Position numbers and translations under genes: made by a program | Assembly: GCF_036946585.1 (NCBI RefSeq) | Contig: NZ_JAQIIV010000013.1 | Span: 27,492-91,491 of the forward strand | DNA from: Pedobacter terrae | GTDB lineage: Bacteria > Bacteroidota > Bacteroidia > Sphingobacteriales > Sphingobacteriaceae | Length of the DNA stretch: 64,000 nucleotides | Reading direction: 5' to 3' | Shown here: positions 1 through 10,614 of the stretch, piece by piece | Layout: every line of letters begins with the position of its first letter | Position numbering within the stretch: the first letter of the stretch is position 1 | The notes under the pieces: generated by a model | Database searches by the model: none | What the model was told of the DNA's origin: nothing | What the model saw: the letters and a program-made list of their open reading frames with translations, nothing else

Positions 1-53
1 GGGAAAATTGATAACCCTATATCAAATCCTGAATGGCCTTGCAATAACCAACA

Positions 54-665
54 TTACTGAATGCGTTCAAAGTAAATGATATGATTATCAAAGATACCTT
101 GATAAGGATACCCTTTTGCCTGGAAGCCATTGGCGATAAGAAATCGCTGACTGCTAGCTGTAGCAGTGGTCGAAAATAGGATACCATGATGATCACTGAT
201 TTTTTTTAGCAACATCCCTTTTAAGGCGCTGCTAATTCCTTTTTTACGAACCGACTCAAGCGTAAACGAATAACCGATTTCTAAAAAGGGTTTTTCTGTT
301 TCGCTCGTAATCCCCGCTTTTTTATGCACCTCTTGCAGGTAAGATAAAGTAGGTCTTTTGATGGCCGAAATGCCAACCAGTTTTTTGTTATGATAGCAAA
401 ATGCGAGAAACACTGCATTAAAAATCTTTGCAGGAAGGTCGATTATCGAAACTTTATTTCCTCTTTTTAATAGTAAATAGAAGTGATGGAGCTGGAGCAT
501 CGAACAATCGCATGGCCTTTTAATTTCGAAATAGCAATTGTTCAATAACTTGGGTCGATTATGATGGTCCTGATAAAATACCAGGTCAGTAGTGAACTTC
601 ATCAGATAAATTTTGGGAGATGATGAAAAGATCAGTTTTTGCTGAGGTTTATTTATTTTTGACAC
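54..665 (-). CDS. GNAT-fold acetyltransferase-like hypothetical protein (true start may be ATG at 602)
   Basis: C-terminal LEIGYSFTLESVRKKGISSAL...SQRFLIANGF resembles GNAT motifs A/B. Confidence 0.6.
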   Translation of the reverse strand: MSKINKPQQKLIFSSSPKIYLMKFTTDLVFYQDHHNRPKLLNNCYFEIKRPCDCSMLQLHHFYLLLKRGNKVSIIDLPAKIFNAVFLAFCYHNKKLVGISAIKRPTLSYLQEVHKKAGITSETEKPFLEIGYSFTLESVRKKGISSALKGMLLKKISDHHGILFSTTATASSQRFLIANGFQAKGYPYQGIFDNHIIYFERIQ

Positions 666-918
666 TTAATGATGTACGTAATTGGCCTGACAAGGCAAGC
701 ATTTCGCATACTTTATCATTCCAATCAATCAATGCATCTTCGGGCGAAGTACCAAGGCCCGAAACATCCTGTTCCTCCTCAAAAGATAGTACAGCGTAAA
801 AACAATCACCATCCTGGTACACCGAAGGTTTAAACTGCATCACAAATGTGGGTAACCGGTATCTACTGTAATCAAAATCTACCAGCTTTCCTGGGATCGT
901 TCGAACCTGCTGTTTCAT
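649..918 (-). CDS. Small hypothetical protein, HicB-N-like pattern
   Basis: VYQDGDCFYAVL...VSGLGTSPEDALIDW resembles the HicB-type G-x-T/S-x-E-x-A motif; overlaps the next ORF. Confidence 0.5.
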   Translation of the reverse strand: MKQQVRTIPGKLVDFDYSRYRLPTFVMQFKPSVYQDGDCFYAVLSFEEEQDVSGLGTSPEDALIDWNDKVCEMLALSGQLRTSLSVKNK

Positions 919-1175
919 AACGTAACGCTTTATTAAACATAGTTATTTACCGGTTTTATTGCTGGTAAACAAGTGTTTAGGTAAGTTAGGCAAGTTATGT
1001 TTCCTTAAAGTTAGCGCGTTATTGTTTATTTGTTAAATGTTTGTTGAGCTGAACCATAAATATGGTTAGATTACTCCCTAATTAGGGGTAATTTTATGTT
1101 CATTCCTTAGGGAGCCAAAAAATAAATTTGTCGGTATTAATCTTTTTGATACAAATACAGTCAAATCTAACTAAT

Positions 1176-1328
1176 ATGGCACTAACAATGAATCTTGGGA
1201 AGAAAAAAGCAGATGCATCAGATAAAACCGTTGATGAGCCGGATAAAAGTACCTTTCCAGTGAGCATGATCATTTTTATCCTTGTACTCAGCGCGCTGCT
1301 GATGATCTTGATCTTATTTAGAGCCTAA
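1176..1328 (+). CDS. Small single-TM membrane protein (50 aa)
   Basis: ATG at 1176 after AT-rich leader; charged N-terminus then hydrophobic MIIFILVLSALLMILILF. Confidence 0.45.
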   Translation: MALTMNLGKKKADASDKTVDEPDKSTFPVSMIIFILVLSALLMILILFRA

Positions 1329-1381
1329 CATCAAGCAAGTATTGTTTTGAAATTGCTGCTATTAGGCTCTTAAAAAGGTGA

Positions 1382-3592
1382 CTATTGATGCGCAATCCCC
1401 GTTGTTTTGCGATATTTTTTATACAGTTCCAATGCTGTTTTAACAGGGCTTCCAACGGGATTTAAGGCATAATCTTTTCTTTGATTTACCCATTTCCACT
1501 CCCATTTGCTTACTTCATCGTTAAACTTAGTGATGTTGAGTTCAGTTTTATCCGAAATAGACTTTTCCAATCGGCTAAAAAACATTTCCCATCGTGGTTT
1601 ATAAAAATCATTCATCAATCCGCTCCATTGTCTGCATGCATACTCGTTTAAAGGGTTTTTTGCATCACCCCACAAAGTGATCAAATCCTTTGCATTCATT
1701 TCGTACAAAGCTTTTTCCTGTTCGTTGGTTCCTTGTGTACGGGCATCATTTATCCAGGGACCGAGCATGAAATCTTTTCGCGTAGCCAACAATCTGTCCA
1801 TGTCTTCAATCAAAGTGATAAACTTTTTACGCTCTGTTTGGAAACCTTTCAGGTTTTTACTTCGATAGGCGTCCACCACTTTTCTTTGTAGAGGAAGTGC
1901 GTAATTGGCTAGTACCTGTCGGGTCACATCAACAAGGTCATATTGGTAACCATCACTTTGCTTGCAATCTGCTGCTGCATTAATCAGTTCATCCCAGGCG
2001 GGCAATAAATCGCGTTCGTTATAATTTAGGGTGGTTCGTGCCCAGCGGGTCATCGAATCGAGTGTCGGCCGGCCCTGTATAATAGATTCGGCCCCATCTC
2101 GCACATATTTATCTGCGGGTACACTATAAACGGTTTTTCTAAGTATTTTCCAGGCTTCTAATGCATTTTCATTTTTTTTGCCATAGCGGTTAAAAACATA
2201 TTGGGGTAACCATGTTTCCAGGTCAATTGGTGTAGAACGCCAAACATTTTCCATCATCAACTCGTACATGACCGGATTTTGTTCTATGCCTTCCATAGTC
2301 AAACCGATACCGTTCATTTTGCCACTTTTAGGGTCTTTTAATGCTTGTGCAGGAGCTGTGGCGACCACATCCATTCTTCCAAATAAATTGGTATTTCCGC
2401 CAAAGTTGTTCAGCATATTCCAAATCCATGGCTTTCCATAAAAACCTTCGGTGCGTTTCCAAACCGGTTCAATTTCTGTAGCTAAATCCAACAAAATCAT
2501 TTTATCATTTGGAACAGCCTTTAACAAAGCTTCTGTTTGTGCCTCTTTCCAAAATTTTCTATCGCTGTAAAACAACCAGCCTTGCATCACCCAAACCGCT
2601 TTAGGATCAGCTTGCGACATGCCATCATAAATCCTGGCACTTAATTTACTTAAAAATTCAGGGGCCGAAGATGGCGGTTCGTTTTCATTGAATGTGTCAG
2701 CAGAATACAGGTGATCCGTACCCAGCATTTCAGTCTGCTTTTGTAAAAACTTCTTTCCAATCTCTGCGAACATGGGATCCTCCGAATCAAGTATATAGGT
2801 ATCGGCAAAGCCGTTGGTCCAGTTGGTGGCTTTCAGTTTAGCATTCGGAAATTTATTTTTAAATGCCGCAGGTACATGTCCCGTAAACGCCGGGAGTACT
2901 GGTTTCATGCCCAATGCCCGTTCACGGTTCAAAATTTTCTTTTGTAATTCAAAATGGCTTTTCATCCAGCTTACCGGAAGCGGACCACCCCAGCCATCAA
3001 TATTACCCATCCAAAACCAGGAGAAATAAGCCGGTCCGGTGAAAAAACCTTTTAGTTCATCATCCGAAAAGCCCATTTCTTTGTACAGAAGGTACCAGGT
3101 ATATTCTTCGCCGGTAATGGCAAGTGGCATATTAATGCCATGTAAAGCCATCCAATCTATTTCTTTTTCCCAACGCGCCCAATCCCACCAGCTCATGCTA
3201 TAATTAAACGTACAGTAATTAAGATAATATCGATATTCATACGGTGTTTCCTTTCTTATTTTTGTTTTTACCACCGGAAGCGTAGCAGGTAAATTTAAGT
3301 TAGTGCCGTTCCAGGTAATTTGGCAATGCGCATATTCCGTTAGGTAGTGATAAAAAGCCGAAGCCAAAGCAACACCATTGTTTCCTCGAAGAATGATTTT
3401 GTTGTTCTTTGATTCGATCTCGAACACATCTTTTCCATTAACAGCAGGTAGGCTTTCTGTTGAGAACAATGCTGCATGTTTTGGTAATACCCTTTCTATG
3501 AGTTGGTTTGAAGTATTTAAAAAATCCTGAGCAAGTGCCTTGTTAACAAACAGGGAAAAAAGTGCAACTGAAAAGTATAATTTTAATTTCAT
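1382..3592 (-). CDS. Alpha-N-acetylglucosaminidase, GH89 (NAGLU-like), secreted
   Basis: YRYYLNYCTFNYSMSWWDWARWEKEIDWMALHGIN, DTFNENEP, LTMEGIEQNP, YACRQWSGL; signal peptide. Confidence 0.95.
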   Translation of the reverse strand: MKLKLYFSVALFSLFVNKALAQDFLNTSNQLIERVLPKHAALFSTESLPAVNGKDVFEIESKNNKIILRGNNGVALASAFYHYLTEYAHCQITWNGTNLNLPATLPVVKTKIRKETPYEYRYYLNYCTFNYSMSWWDWARWEKEIDWMALHGINMPLAITGEEYTWYLLYKEMGFSDDELKGFFTGPAYFSWFWMGNIDGWGGPLPVSWMKSHFELQKKILNRERALGMKPVLPAFTGHVPAAFKNKFPNAKLKATNWTNGFADTYILDSEDPMFAEIGKKFLQKQTEMLGTDHLYSADTFNENEPPSSAPEFLSKLSARIYDGMSQADPKAVWVMQGWLFYSDRKFWKEAQTEALLKAVPNDKMILLDLATEIEPVWKRTEGFYGKPWIWNMLNNFGGNTNLFGRMDVVATAPAQALKDPKSGKMNGIGLTMEGIEQNPVMYELMMENVWRSTPIDLETWLPQYVFNRYGKKNENALEAWKILRKTVYSVPADKYVRDGAESIIQGRPTLDSMTRWARTTLNYNERDLLPAWDELINAAADCKQSDGYQYDLVDVTRQVLANYALPLQRKVVDAYRSKNLKGFQTERKKFITLIEDMDRLLATRKDFMLGPWINDARTQGTNEQEKALYEMNAKDLITLWGDAKNPLNEYACRQWSGLMNDFYKPRWEMFFSRLEKSISDKTELNITKFNDEVSKWEWKWVNQRKDYALNPVGSPVKTALELYKKYRKTTGIAHQ

Positions 3593-3593
3593 A

Positions 3594-4820
3594 TCAAATT
3601 TTTAAGAACCACTTTTTATCGTAGAAGAACTTTAATAAAAACAGTTGAATCAATAATACCCCCGTCCACAAAGCAGCTTCATGCCATAGGGGAGGGACAA
3701 AGTTTATGAAACCACCAAATAAAAAATTAGATGATGATTCGAAGTTGAAAAGTCCGTGTGCGCAAACGTAAATCAAAATACTGTTTGTACCAAACCATAC
3801 AAATGGAATACTCCATCCGGAATAGGAGCGTATATCAATAACGTAATAGAATAGGGAGAATAATATGATACTCCAGCCTCCGGCAAATAAAACGAATGAG
3901 CTGGTCCACATGGTTTTATTGATCGGGAAGATGATGCTCCACAACAAACCAAGTCCAATGCACAGCAATCCGCTGCTGAGCAAAGCCGTAACTTTCTGAT
4001 TTGATGTGAAGTTAAACCTGGTCGATTTAACAAAAGCTCCCGTAAAAATGCCGAGCATTGCTGAGCAAATCGCGGGGATTGTGCTTAATAGTCCTTCAGG
4101 ATCGTAAATGGTTCGATGAAGTTTGCCGGGCAAAAACATTCTGTCGAAATAAGCCGAGAGATTTCCTTCTGGGCTAAAAACTCCGGGTCCGAAATGAGGG
4201 ACAGGCACAAACGCCATCAACAGATAATATCCAATAAGGATAGTCGCGAACCAAAAAATCATTCCTCGAAATGAACAATTTAAATAAATGATGGCCGCGA
4301 AAAAAGTGGCTAAAGCGATTCGACCCAGTACGCTGGCAAAACGGGTATTTTCATATCCGTTCCATTTTAATAGTCCGTTTACGACGAAGCCTAAAATGAT
4401 CAGTATGATGGTTCGCTTGATTAGCGGAAAATATATTTTTAGTGATGAATGCCAGTTTTTTTTTCTTTCCGCAAAGTATTTCTGGTAGGAGTAAGGCATG
4501 GATACTCCAGAGATAAATATGAACAAAGGAAAAATCAGGTCATAAAAAGTAAAACCATTCCATGGGGAATGATGCAGTTGATTGCTAATTCCAATAAAAA
4601 ATTTCTCAAAGAAAGATAAGCTATCATTTGTGGAGATGGTCCAGTCAATGGGGTTCCTTTTCAAAGCATGCTTATTCATGATCCCAGTGGCAAGGCCATG
4701 GAAGATTCCTTCGCCACTTACAATCCAGAACATGTCGAAACCGCGCAAAGCATCCAGCGAAATTAATCTTTTGGGCTTTTCTACCTTTTCGTCAATATTT
4801 TTTGTTTCGATAGCCGTCAT
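3594..4820 (-). CDS. HGSNAT-like (DUF5009/DUF1624) transmembrane acetyltransferase
   Basis: RLISLDALRGFDMFW, HSPWNGFTFYDLIFPLF, SVLGRIA, DPEGLLSTIPAI, PINKTMWTSSFVL; multiple TM segments; abuts GH89. Confidence 0.9.
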   Translation of the reverse strand: MTAIETKNIDEKVEKPKRLISLDALRGFDMFWIVSGEGIFHGLATGIMNKHALKRNPIDWTISTNDSLSFFEKFFIGISNQLHHSPWNGFTFYDLIFPLFIFISGVSMPYSYQKYFAERKKNWHSSLKIYFPLIKRTIILIILGFVVNGLLKWNGYENTRFASVLGRIALATFFAAIIYLNCSFRGMIFWFATILIGYYLLMAFVPVPHFGPGVFSPEGNLSAYFDRMFLPGKLHRTIYDPEGLLSTIPAICSAMLGIFTGAFVKSTRFNFTSNQKVTALLSSGLLCIGLGLLWSIIFPINKTMWTSSFVLFAGGWSIILFSLFYYVIDIRSYSGWSIPFVWFGTNSILIYVCAHGLFNFESSSNFLFGGFINFVPPLWHEAALWTGVLLIQLFLLKFFYDKKWFLKI

Positions 4821-4827
4821 TACAGGA

Positions 4828-5811
4828 TTACTTCTTGATTAAAGTATGATAAATAACATAACCTTCCTCGTTAATTACCTGTACGCGTAACTGGTCTTTG
4901 TTTACCGAAAATAGCATGAAGCCATACTCTGATGCCACCATCTGTGCTTCTGGTATTAGCTTAACAGGTGTTTTTTCTGATGCACCTCCGGAAATGAAAT
5001 GATGCGTTTTACCTTCTGGCTTAAGGTATTGTAAACTGTGTTCATGGCCAGTTAAATAAACATCAACACCATATTTATCAAGTATCGGTTTTAATGTGCT
5101 TCTGATTGCTTTGGTATCATAACCATCGGTACGGCTACCGCCAGTAAACATAGGATGGTGACCCACTACAATTTTCCACTTAATCGAAGGATCTTGATCA
5201 GCAAGGGTTTTTACCAACCACTTTTTCTGTCCGGTAGTATCTTGTCCCTTAACGTTTGGTCCGTATTCCGCGTTTTTATAAAATTCAGGGATCAGCGGAT
5301 TGGTATCAATAAATGCGATCAATACCTGATGATTTACATCGCCGTTAATGGTAAACTTTTTTGAATAATAACGGGCAGGCATTTTCCATCTTCTGCTAAT
5401 TTTCGAATAGGCTACCTGTGCATCAGGATTGGATTTGTAATCATGGTTCCCTAAAACCACATACCAATCCCACTGTAAAGAAAAGTCGGTGTAGATATCC
5501 TCAAAAGAGTACTTAAATGATGGATCTTGTGGGCTGATTACGCCGCTTGGGTAGAAGTTATCGCCGGTAGATATGATAAACTGTGCTTTAACATCAGCCG
5601 CCGTAATGCCCATTTGCTTGGCAACTGGTTTCTGGTGATCAGCGCCATTTCGGCCCCAATCACCTAACGCTAAAAACTGCAATGCTCCAGGATCTTTGAC
5701 TAGAGTTTTACTGGCTGCGACAGCTTCAGTTTGGTTTTTAGTAATGATTTGGGCATAAAGCGTATTGATAGATAGAATCAGAATAGGGAAAAGTAGTCGT
5801 TTGATCATCAT
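4828..5811 (-). CDS. Purple/tartrate-resistant acid phosphatase-like metallophosphoesterase, secreted
   Basis: GDWG, GDNFY, GNHD, GHHP, GHEH motifs; likely start MMIKRLL near 5811 with signal peptide (ORF track extends to 5889). Confidence 0.9.
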   Translation of the reverse strand: MMIKRLLFPILILSINTLYAQIITKNQTEAVAASKTLVKDPGALQFLALGDWGRNGADHQKPVAKQMGITAADVKAQFIISTGDNFYPSGVISPQDPSFKYSFEDIYTDFSLQWDWYVVLGNHDYKSNPDAQVAYSKISRRWKMPARYYSKKFTINGDVNHQVLIAFIDTNPLIPEFYKNAEYGPNVKGQDTTGQKKWLVKTLADQDPSIKWKIVVGHHPMFTGGSRTDGYDTKAIRSTLKPILDKYGVDVYLTGHEHSLQYLKPEGKTHHFISGGASEKTPVKLIPEAQMVASEYGFMLFSVNKDQLRVQVINEEGYVIYHTLIKK

Positions 5812-5855
5812 TTTGAATATAGTTGCAAATAAAGACAATGAAGCGTTGAAATAAA

Positions 5856-5886
5856 AATTTCTCCAGACCACCAGTCTGGAGAAATT
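5856..5886 (-). terminator. 13-bp hairpin after susD (terminator or mRNA-stabilising)
   Basis: AATTTCTCCAGAC-N5-GTCTGGAGAAATT followed by a T-rich tract on the minus strand. Confidence 0.65.
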
Positions 5887-5901
5887 CAAATAAAGCTAAA
5901 A

Positions 5902-7500
5902 TTAATTATAGCCAGGGTTTTGTTTCAATTTTGGATTAAGAATCAGCGCCGAAGCCGGAATCGGCATAAGTCTGTGAAATGTCTGTGCATCCGTTTTAAA
6001 GCCCCATGTGCCTTCATACTTGCCAAAGCGGATCATATCATTACGGTGCCAGCATTCCCATGAGAACTCTCTGCAACGCTCTTTATATAAATCTTCTAGC
6101 GTAACAGATGTCCACGCTGGTGAAGTTGTACGCACCGCTCTTAATTGATTCACTAATGATAATGCCGTTTGGCCTTGGGTAGGCGTAGCACCACGCAGGA
6201 TCGCTTCAGCTTTCATTAACAGGATATCAGAATATCTGAAAACAGGTACATCATTGTTTTGATTTCTGCTGGATGAGGTACTGTCACAATAAAATTTATT
6301 GTTCCTGTATCCCATGTTCCAGGCAATTTCATCGTTTCCTACGTCGAAAGGTCTTGCAGCATCTCTAAGCGTAACTGTTGGCGTGATATCAACCTGATAA
6401 GTAATTGCAGCTGAACCATCCGACCCGGTGTAAAACTGATCATAACCTTTTTTTGTGGTGGACACCGTAACTGGCCTGCCATCGTAATAAGTTTGCAATC
6501 CTTTAATCCATTGTGCATTTCTTTTGTCATTAGGATCGTTAAAATTAGCATAGTACTCAGGTAAGGTGCTCATTGGTGCACTTGGCGTAAACTTTAAGCT
6601 ATATTTTTGTTGTAAAGAACGAGGTAACGAATAACGGGCATAAATCATAGAACCACTGCTGAAACCTGGATCGAAAGGAATAGCGAAAATGAATTCTTTG
6701 ATTTGAGGTCCGTTATCAATGAAGAACATTTTTTTGTAATCGCTTTCTAAACTATAAGGAGAACCCGAGGCCCCAATAATGGCATCGCACATGGCTACGG
6801 CATCATTATAACGTTGAGTGCCAGTATAAACTTCTGCATTAAGGTACATTTTAGCCAGAATAGCATAGGCGGTATATTTATTTGGACGGCCATATGTTGC
6901 GGTTCCGGTAGCGCTGCTTAAGCTGGGCAATACCTCTTTAAGTTCAGCTTCAATAAAATTAAATACTTCTGCTCTGGTTTTGGTTTCTGGTGGAGTGGTT
7001 TGGCCAAAAGTAGTTACCACAGGAATATTTCCCCATAAGTCCATCATCATAAAAAATGCCAATGCTCTTGTAGCCCTTAGTTCGGCAACTGCAGTTGTTT
7101 TTGCAGGCGTTTCTGCAGCATCTTTAAGTAAATACAAACTTTGGTTGGCTTTACTTATCGTTGCTGAAAGCCAGTTCCATCCACTTCCCACGTGTCCGTT
7201 ATCTTTAGTCCAGGAGTGCTTATGATGGTTTTCAAATACGCCACCATCATACCAGTTCCCACCACGCGCAGGCATAATGGCTTCATCAGTACTTAACGAT
7301 TGCATGAAAAAATAATCCGTACTCCAGTTTTGACGCAACTGAACATAAACCTGGCCGGTAAGTTGAATATAATGCTGCTCGGTTTGTGGAAATGTTTCCG
7401 GAGTCAATTGTGTTTCCACTTTCAAATCCAGTTTATGGCAGGAAGTTAATACGCCTAGCGACAAAGCTGTTCCTGCAATATATTTGATCAGATTTTTCAT
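5902..7500 (-). CDS. susD: SusD/RagB family outer-membrane lipoprotein
   Basis: Lipobox LTSC; RALAFFMMMDLWGNIP; FRYSDILLMKAEA; ERCREFSWECWHRNDMIRFG; directly after susC. Confidence 0.95.
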   Translation of the reverse strand: MKNLIKYIAGTALSLGVLTSCHKLDLKVETQLTPETFPQTEQHYIQLTGQVYVQLRQNWSTDYFFMQSLSTDEAIMPARGGNWYDGGVFENHHKHSWTKDNGHVGSGWNWLSATISKANQSLYLLKDAAETPAKTTAVAELRATRALAFFMMMDLWGNIPVVTTFGQTTPPETKTRAEVFNFIEAELKEVLPSLSSATGTATYGRPNKYTAYAILAKMYLNAEVYTGTQRYNDAVAMCDAIIGASGSPYSLESDYKKMFFIDNGPQIKEFIFAIPFDPGFSSGSMIYARYSLPRSLQQKYSLKFTPSAPMSTLPEYYANFNDPNDKRNAQWIKGLQTYYDGRPVTVSTTKKGYDQFYTGSDGSAAITYQVDITPTVTLRDAARPFDVGNDEIAWNMGYRNNKFYCDSTSSSRNQNNDVPVFRYSDILLMKAEAILRGATPTQGQTALSLVNQLRAVRTTSPAWTSVTLEDLYKERCREFSWECWHRNDMIRFGKYEGTWGFKTDAQTFHRLMPIPASALILNPKLKQNPGYN

Positions 7501-7511
7501 CTTCTTAATTT

Positions 7512-10500
7512 TTAATTAAATGACACGTTTAACCCGAATAAAAATGTTCTGGTTTTAGGATAAAAGTTATTGGTATCTACACCTGGAGCAGTACCGCCCT
7601 GGTTAATCTCTGGGTCTATTCCTTTGTAACCGGTAATTACAAACAGGTTGTTTGCTGTAGTATATAATCGAAGAGAATTTACACCGGGAATAAGTCCTTT
7701 TTTGAAAGTATAGCCAAGTGTAGCATTATCTAAACGTAAATAACTACCATTTTCTAAAAACCTGCTTGAGTATTTAGGCGCGTTAAAATCAGCCGTTGAT
7801 TCATTTTCAACCTCTACCGGTATATTGGTAAATTGTGCCGTGCTAGGGCGGAATAAGTCTGCACGGGTAACATTCATAATTTTAAGACCTAAAGTAGCTC
7901 TCATGAACACGCTTAAATCAAAATTTTTATAGCGAATATTATTTGACCAACCTATCAATGCTTTTGGCTGTGCATCTCCAAGAATGTAATAGTCTGTTTT
8001 GTTAGCTGGGGTGGTTGTAAGATTACCAGCGGCATCATAATACTGTGAAACCCCATTCGCATTTTTTCCGGCATATTTAAACGTGTAGAAAGTTCCGATT
8101 GCCTGGCCCGGTCTGAGAATTTGCAAGGTAGCACCACTTTGTCCGGCTCCATCAGGAGAAATAGTCAACCGGTCTTCAATGTTAAATCTGCTATCGTTAG
8201 AAAGGGTGATGATTTTATTTTTATTATGCGCCAGGTTAAAACCTGTAGTCCAGCTAAAATTATCAGTAATTACTGGTGTACCATTTAAAACTAATTCAAT
8301 ACCCTTATTGCTTAATTCACCTACATTTGCCGTATAGCTGCCTGCCGGGTATAAATTATTATTAACGTCGAATGATAAAATCAAATCGGTTGTTTTTTTA
8401 TCATATAGATCCACAGATCCTGTTAATCTGCCATTAAGCAATCCAAAGTCGACACCCACATTGGTTGTAGCTGTTTTCTCCCATCTTAAATCAGGATTTT
8501 CATTTTGAATGGCACCATAGGCACCTTCTCTTGGCGAACCATTGTAATAAAATTGTCCAACCTGACCATAGATTAATTTGGTAGTTAACGGAGCAAATCC
8601 AAGAGAGTTACCAGCAATGCCATAACTGGCTCTTAACTTTAGGGTTTTGATTACACCTAAATTTTTGAAGAAATTTTCCTGATCAATGTTCCATGCTGCG
8701 CCAACAGATGGGTAATAACCCCATGTTTCATTTATACCAAATACGTTTGATCCATCTCTTCTGATTGATCCTTGTACAAGGTATTTGTTTTTGTAGTTGT
8801 AATTTACCCTTGCAAAGTCGGAAATCATTAAAATTTCCTGATATGTTCTGCCAGGATTATAATCTACCCTGAAATCAGTTACTGCATACGGATTTCCTAA
8901 ACTTAAGTTGTTATAACTTACCTGATTGATTGGGAAGTTGGTAGAACTGGTTTGGAAACCGTCGTTATTTAACGATTGTTGGTAAGAGTAACCCACTACG
9001 GCGTTGATATCATGATCGCCAAATTTTTTATTCCACGTTAAGTAGGTCTCGATAATTTTATTGGTGTTTTGGTAAGCATTTCTTACCGCTAAACCATCCT
9101 TACCTACTAAGCTTACAAAACCAGGCGTTGCAGGTGGCTCTGGTGTATTCCTAACATTATTATATCTGGAAGTGTAAACACTGTTGTAAAACGCAGCATA
9201 GTTATCTTGAGTATTTTGATATGATGCTGAAACATCATAAGAGAAACCAAACGGTAATTTTAGGTTTACAGTCAAATTTCCTAAAATATTTTTACTCTTC
9301 AAGTTCTCCTTACCATTCTCTAGCATCGAAACCGGATTATAGTAATTACTTTGAATTAAGTTATCAAAATATGATCCGTCCGGATTTTTAACTGGTGAGG
9401 TTGGTAAGTAAGTAAGCATTTGTGATAGCACAGTATTACGATAAGGAACCAGATTAGCGTTACTGATCGAGTTGCTGATGTTTAATCCAATCTTTAACTT
9501 ATCATTTAAAGCTTTTTGTTCAATACCAATACGACCGATAAATCTATTCAAATCACTCGTTTTGATGATACCATCCTGCTTAAAATAATTTAAACTGGCG
9601 TTATAAGTCGTTTTTTCAGTTCCACCGCTGAGCGATACATTGTGGTTGTATGATAAGGCATTGCTGCGCTGAACCTCATCTTGCCAGTTAGTATTGGCAC
9701 CTTTATCATTTGCTGGGGTAAGGGCATAATTGTTTTTTGCAAGGAACGCTTTCAACTCCTCAGCATCCATCATATCATAACGGTTAGATACATTTTCTAC
9801 GCCGAAGTAGCCATTATAACTAATTTGGGCCTGGCCCGCAACACCTTTTTTGGTAGTAACCATAATTACCCCATTCGCCGCCCTGTTACCATAAATTGCT
9901 GATGCTGCTGCATCTTTTAAAACATCAATTGAAGCAATGTCATCTGGTGCCAGAATCGAAATATCGGCACCTACCACACCATCAATTACAAAAAGTGGCG
10001 ATTGTGCACCATCACGTAGGGTAGATGCACCACGCATAATAATAGCTGCGTTACGGTTTGGGTCACCACTTCTGGTAATATTTAAACCTGGTACTTTACC
10101 TTGTAACATCTGGCCAACATCACTAATGGCTCCTTTATTCAAATCATCGCCTTTAACTGTAGAGATGGAACTGGTTAACGCCTTTCTTGAGCTTTTGCCG
10201 TAACCTACTACCACAACGTCAGTTAATGAAGCTGTAGATTCAACGATCGTAACAGAATAAGTAGATGAGGCGCCTACAGTAAGCTCTTTGGTTTGATAAC
10301 CTAAAAAACTGAATAATATTTTATCTCCTGTTTTAGCAGAGATGCTAAACGACCCACCGGCACCCGTTGGAGGTAACCTTTGTTGTTCCCTTTACTGAAA
10401 CCGAAGCCCCTATAATGGGTTGGTTGGTATTATCTAACAAGGTTCCGGTAATTTTTCGTTCAGTTTGCGCGTAGGCATTATTGAACACCTGGCTGATGAG

Positions 10501-10554
10501 TAAAAGCAGCATAAACAGGCCGCTATACTTTAAGCGTGTACTTTTAAATCTCAT
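7512..10554 (-). CDS. susC: SusC/RagA TonB-dependent transporter with an apparent +1 frameshift at ~10364-10370
   Basis: The 10345-10554 ORF gives signal peptide and CarboxypepD-like start; removing one base restores KVTSTGAGGSFSISAKTGDK...LTDVVVVGYG into the 900-aa ORF (DVLKDAAASAIYGNRAANGVIMVTTK, NPDLRWEKT, terminal SFN). Confidence 0.92.
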
Positions 10555-10614
10555 GATTTTTGTAAAATTAGATTCATAAATTGTTATTTGGTTATCAATG
10601 TTTGGAGATAGAAT

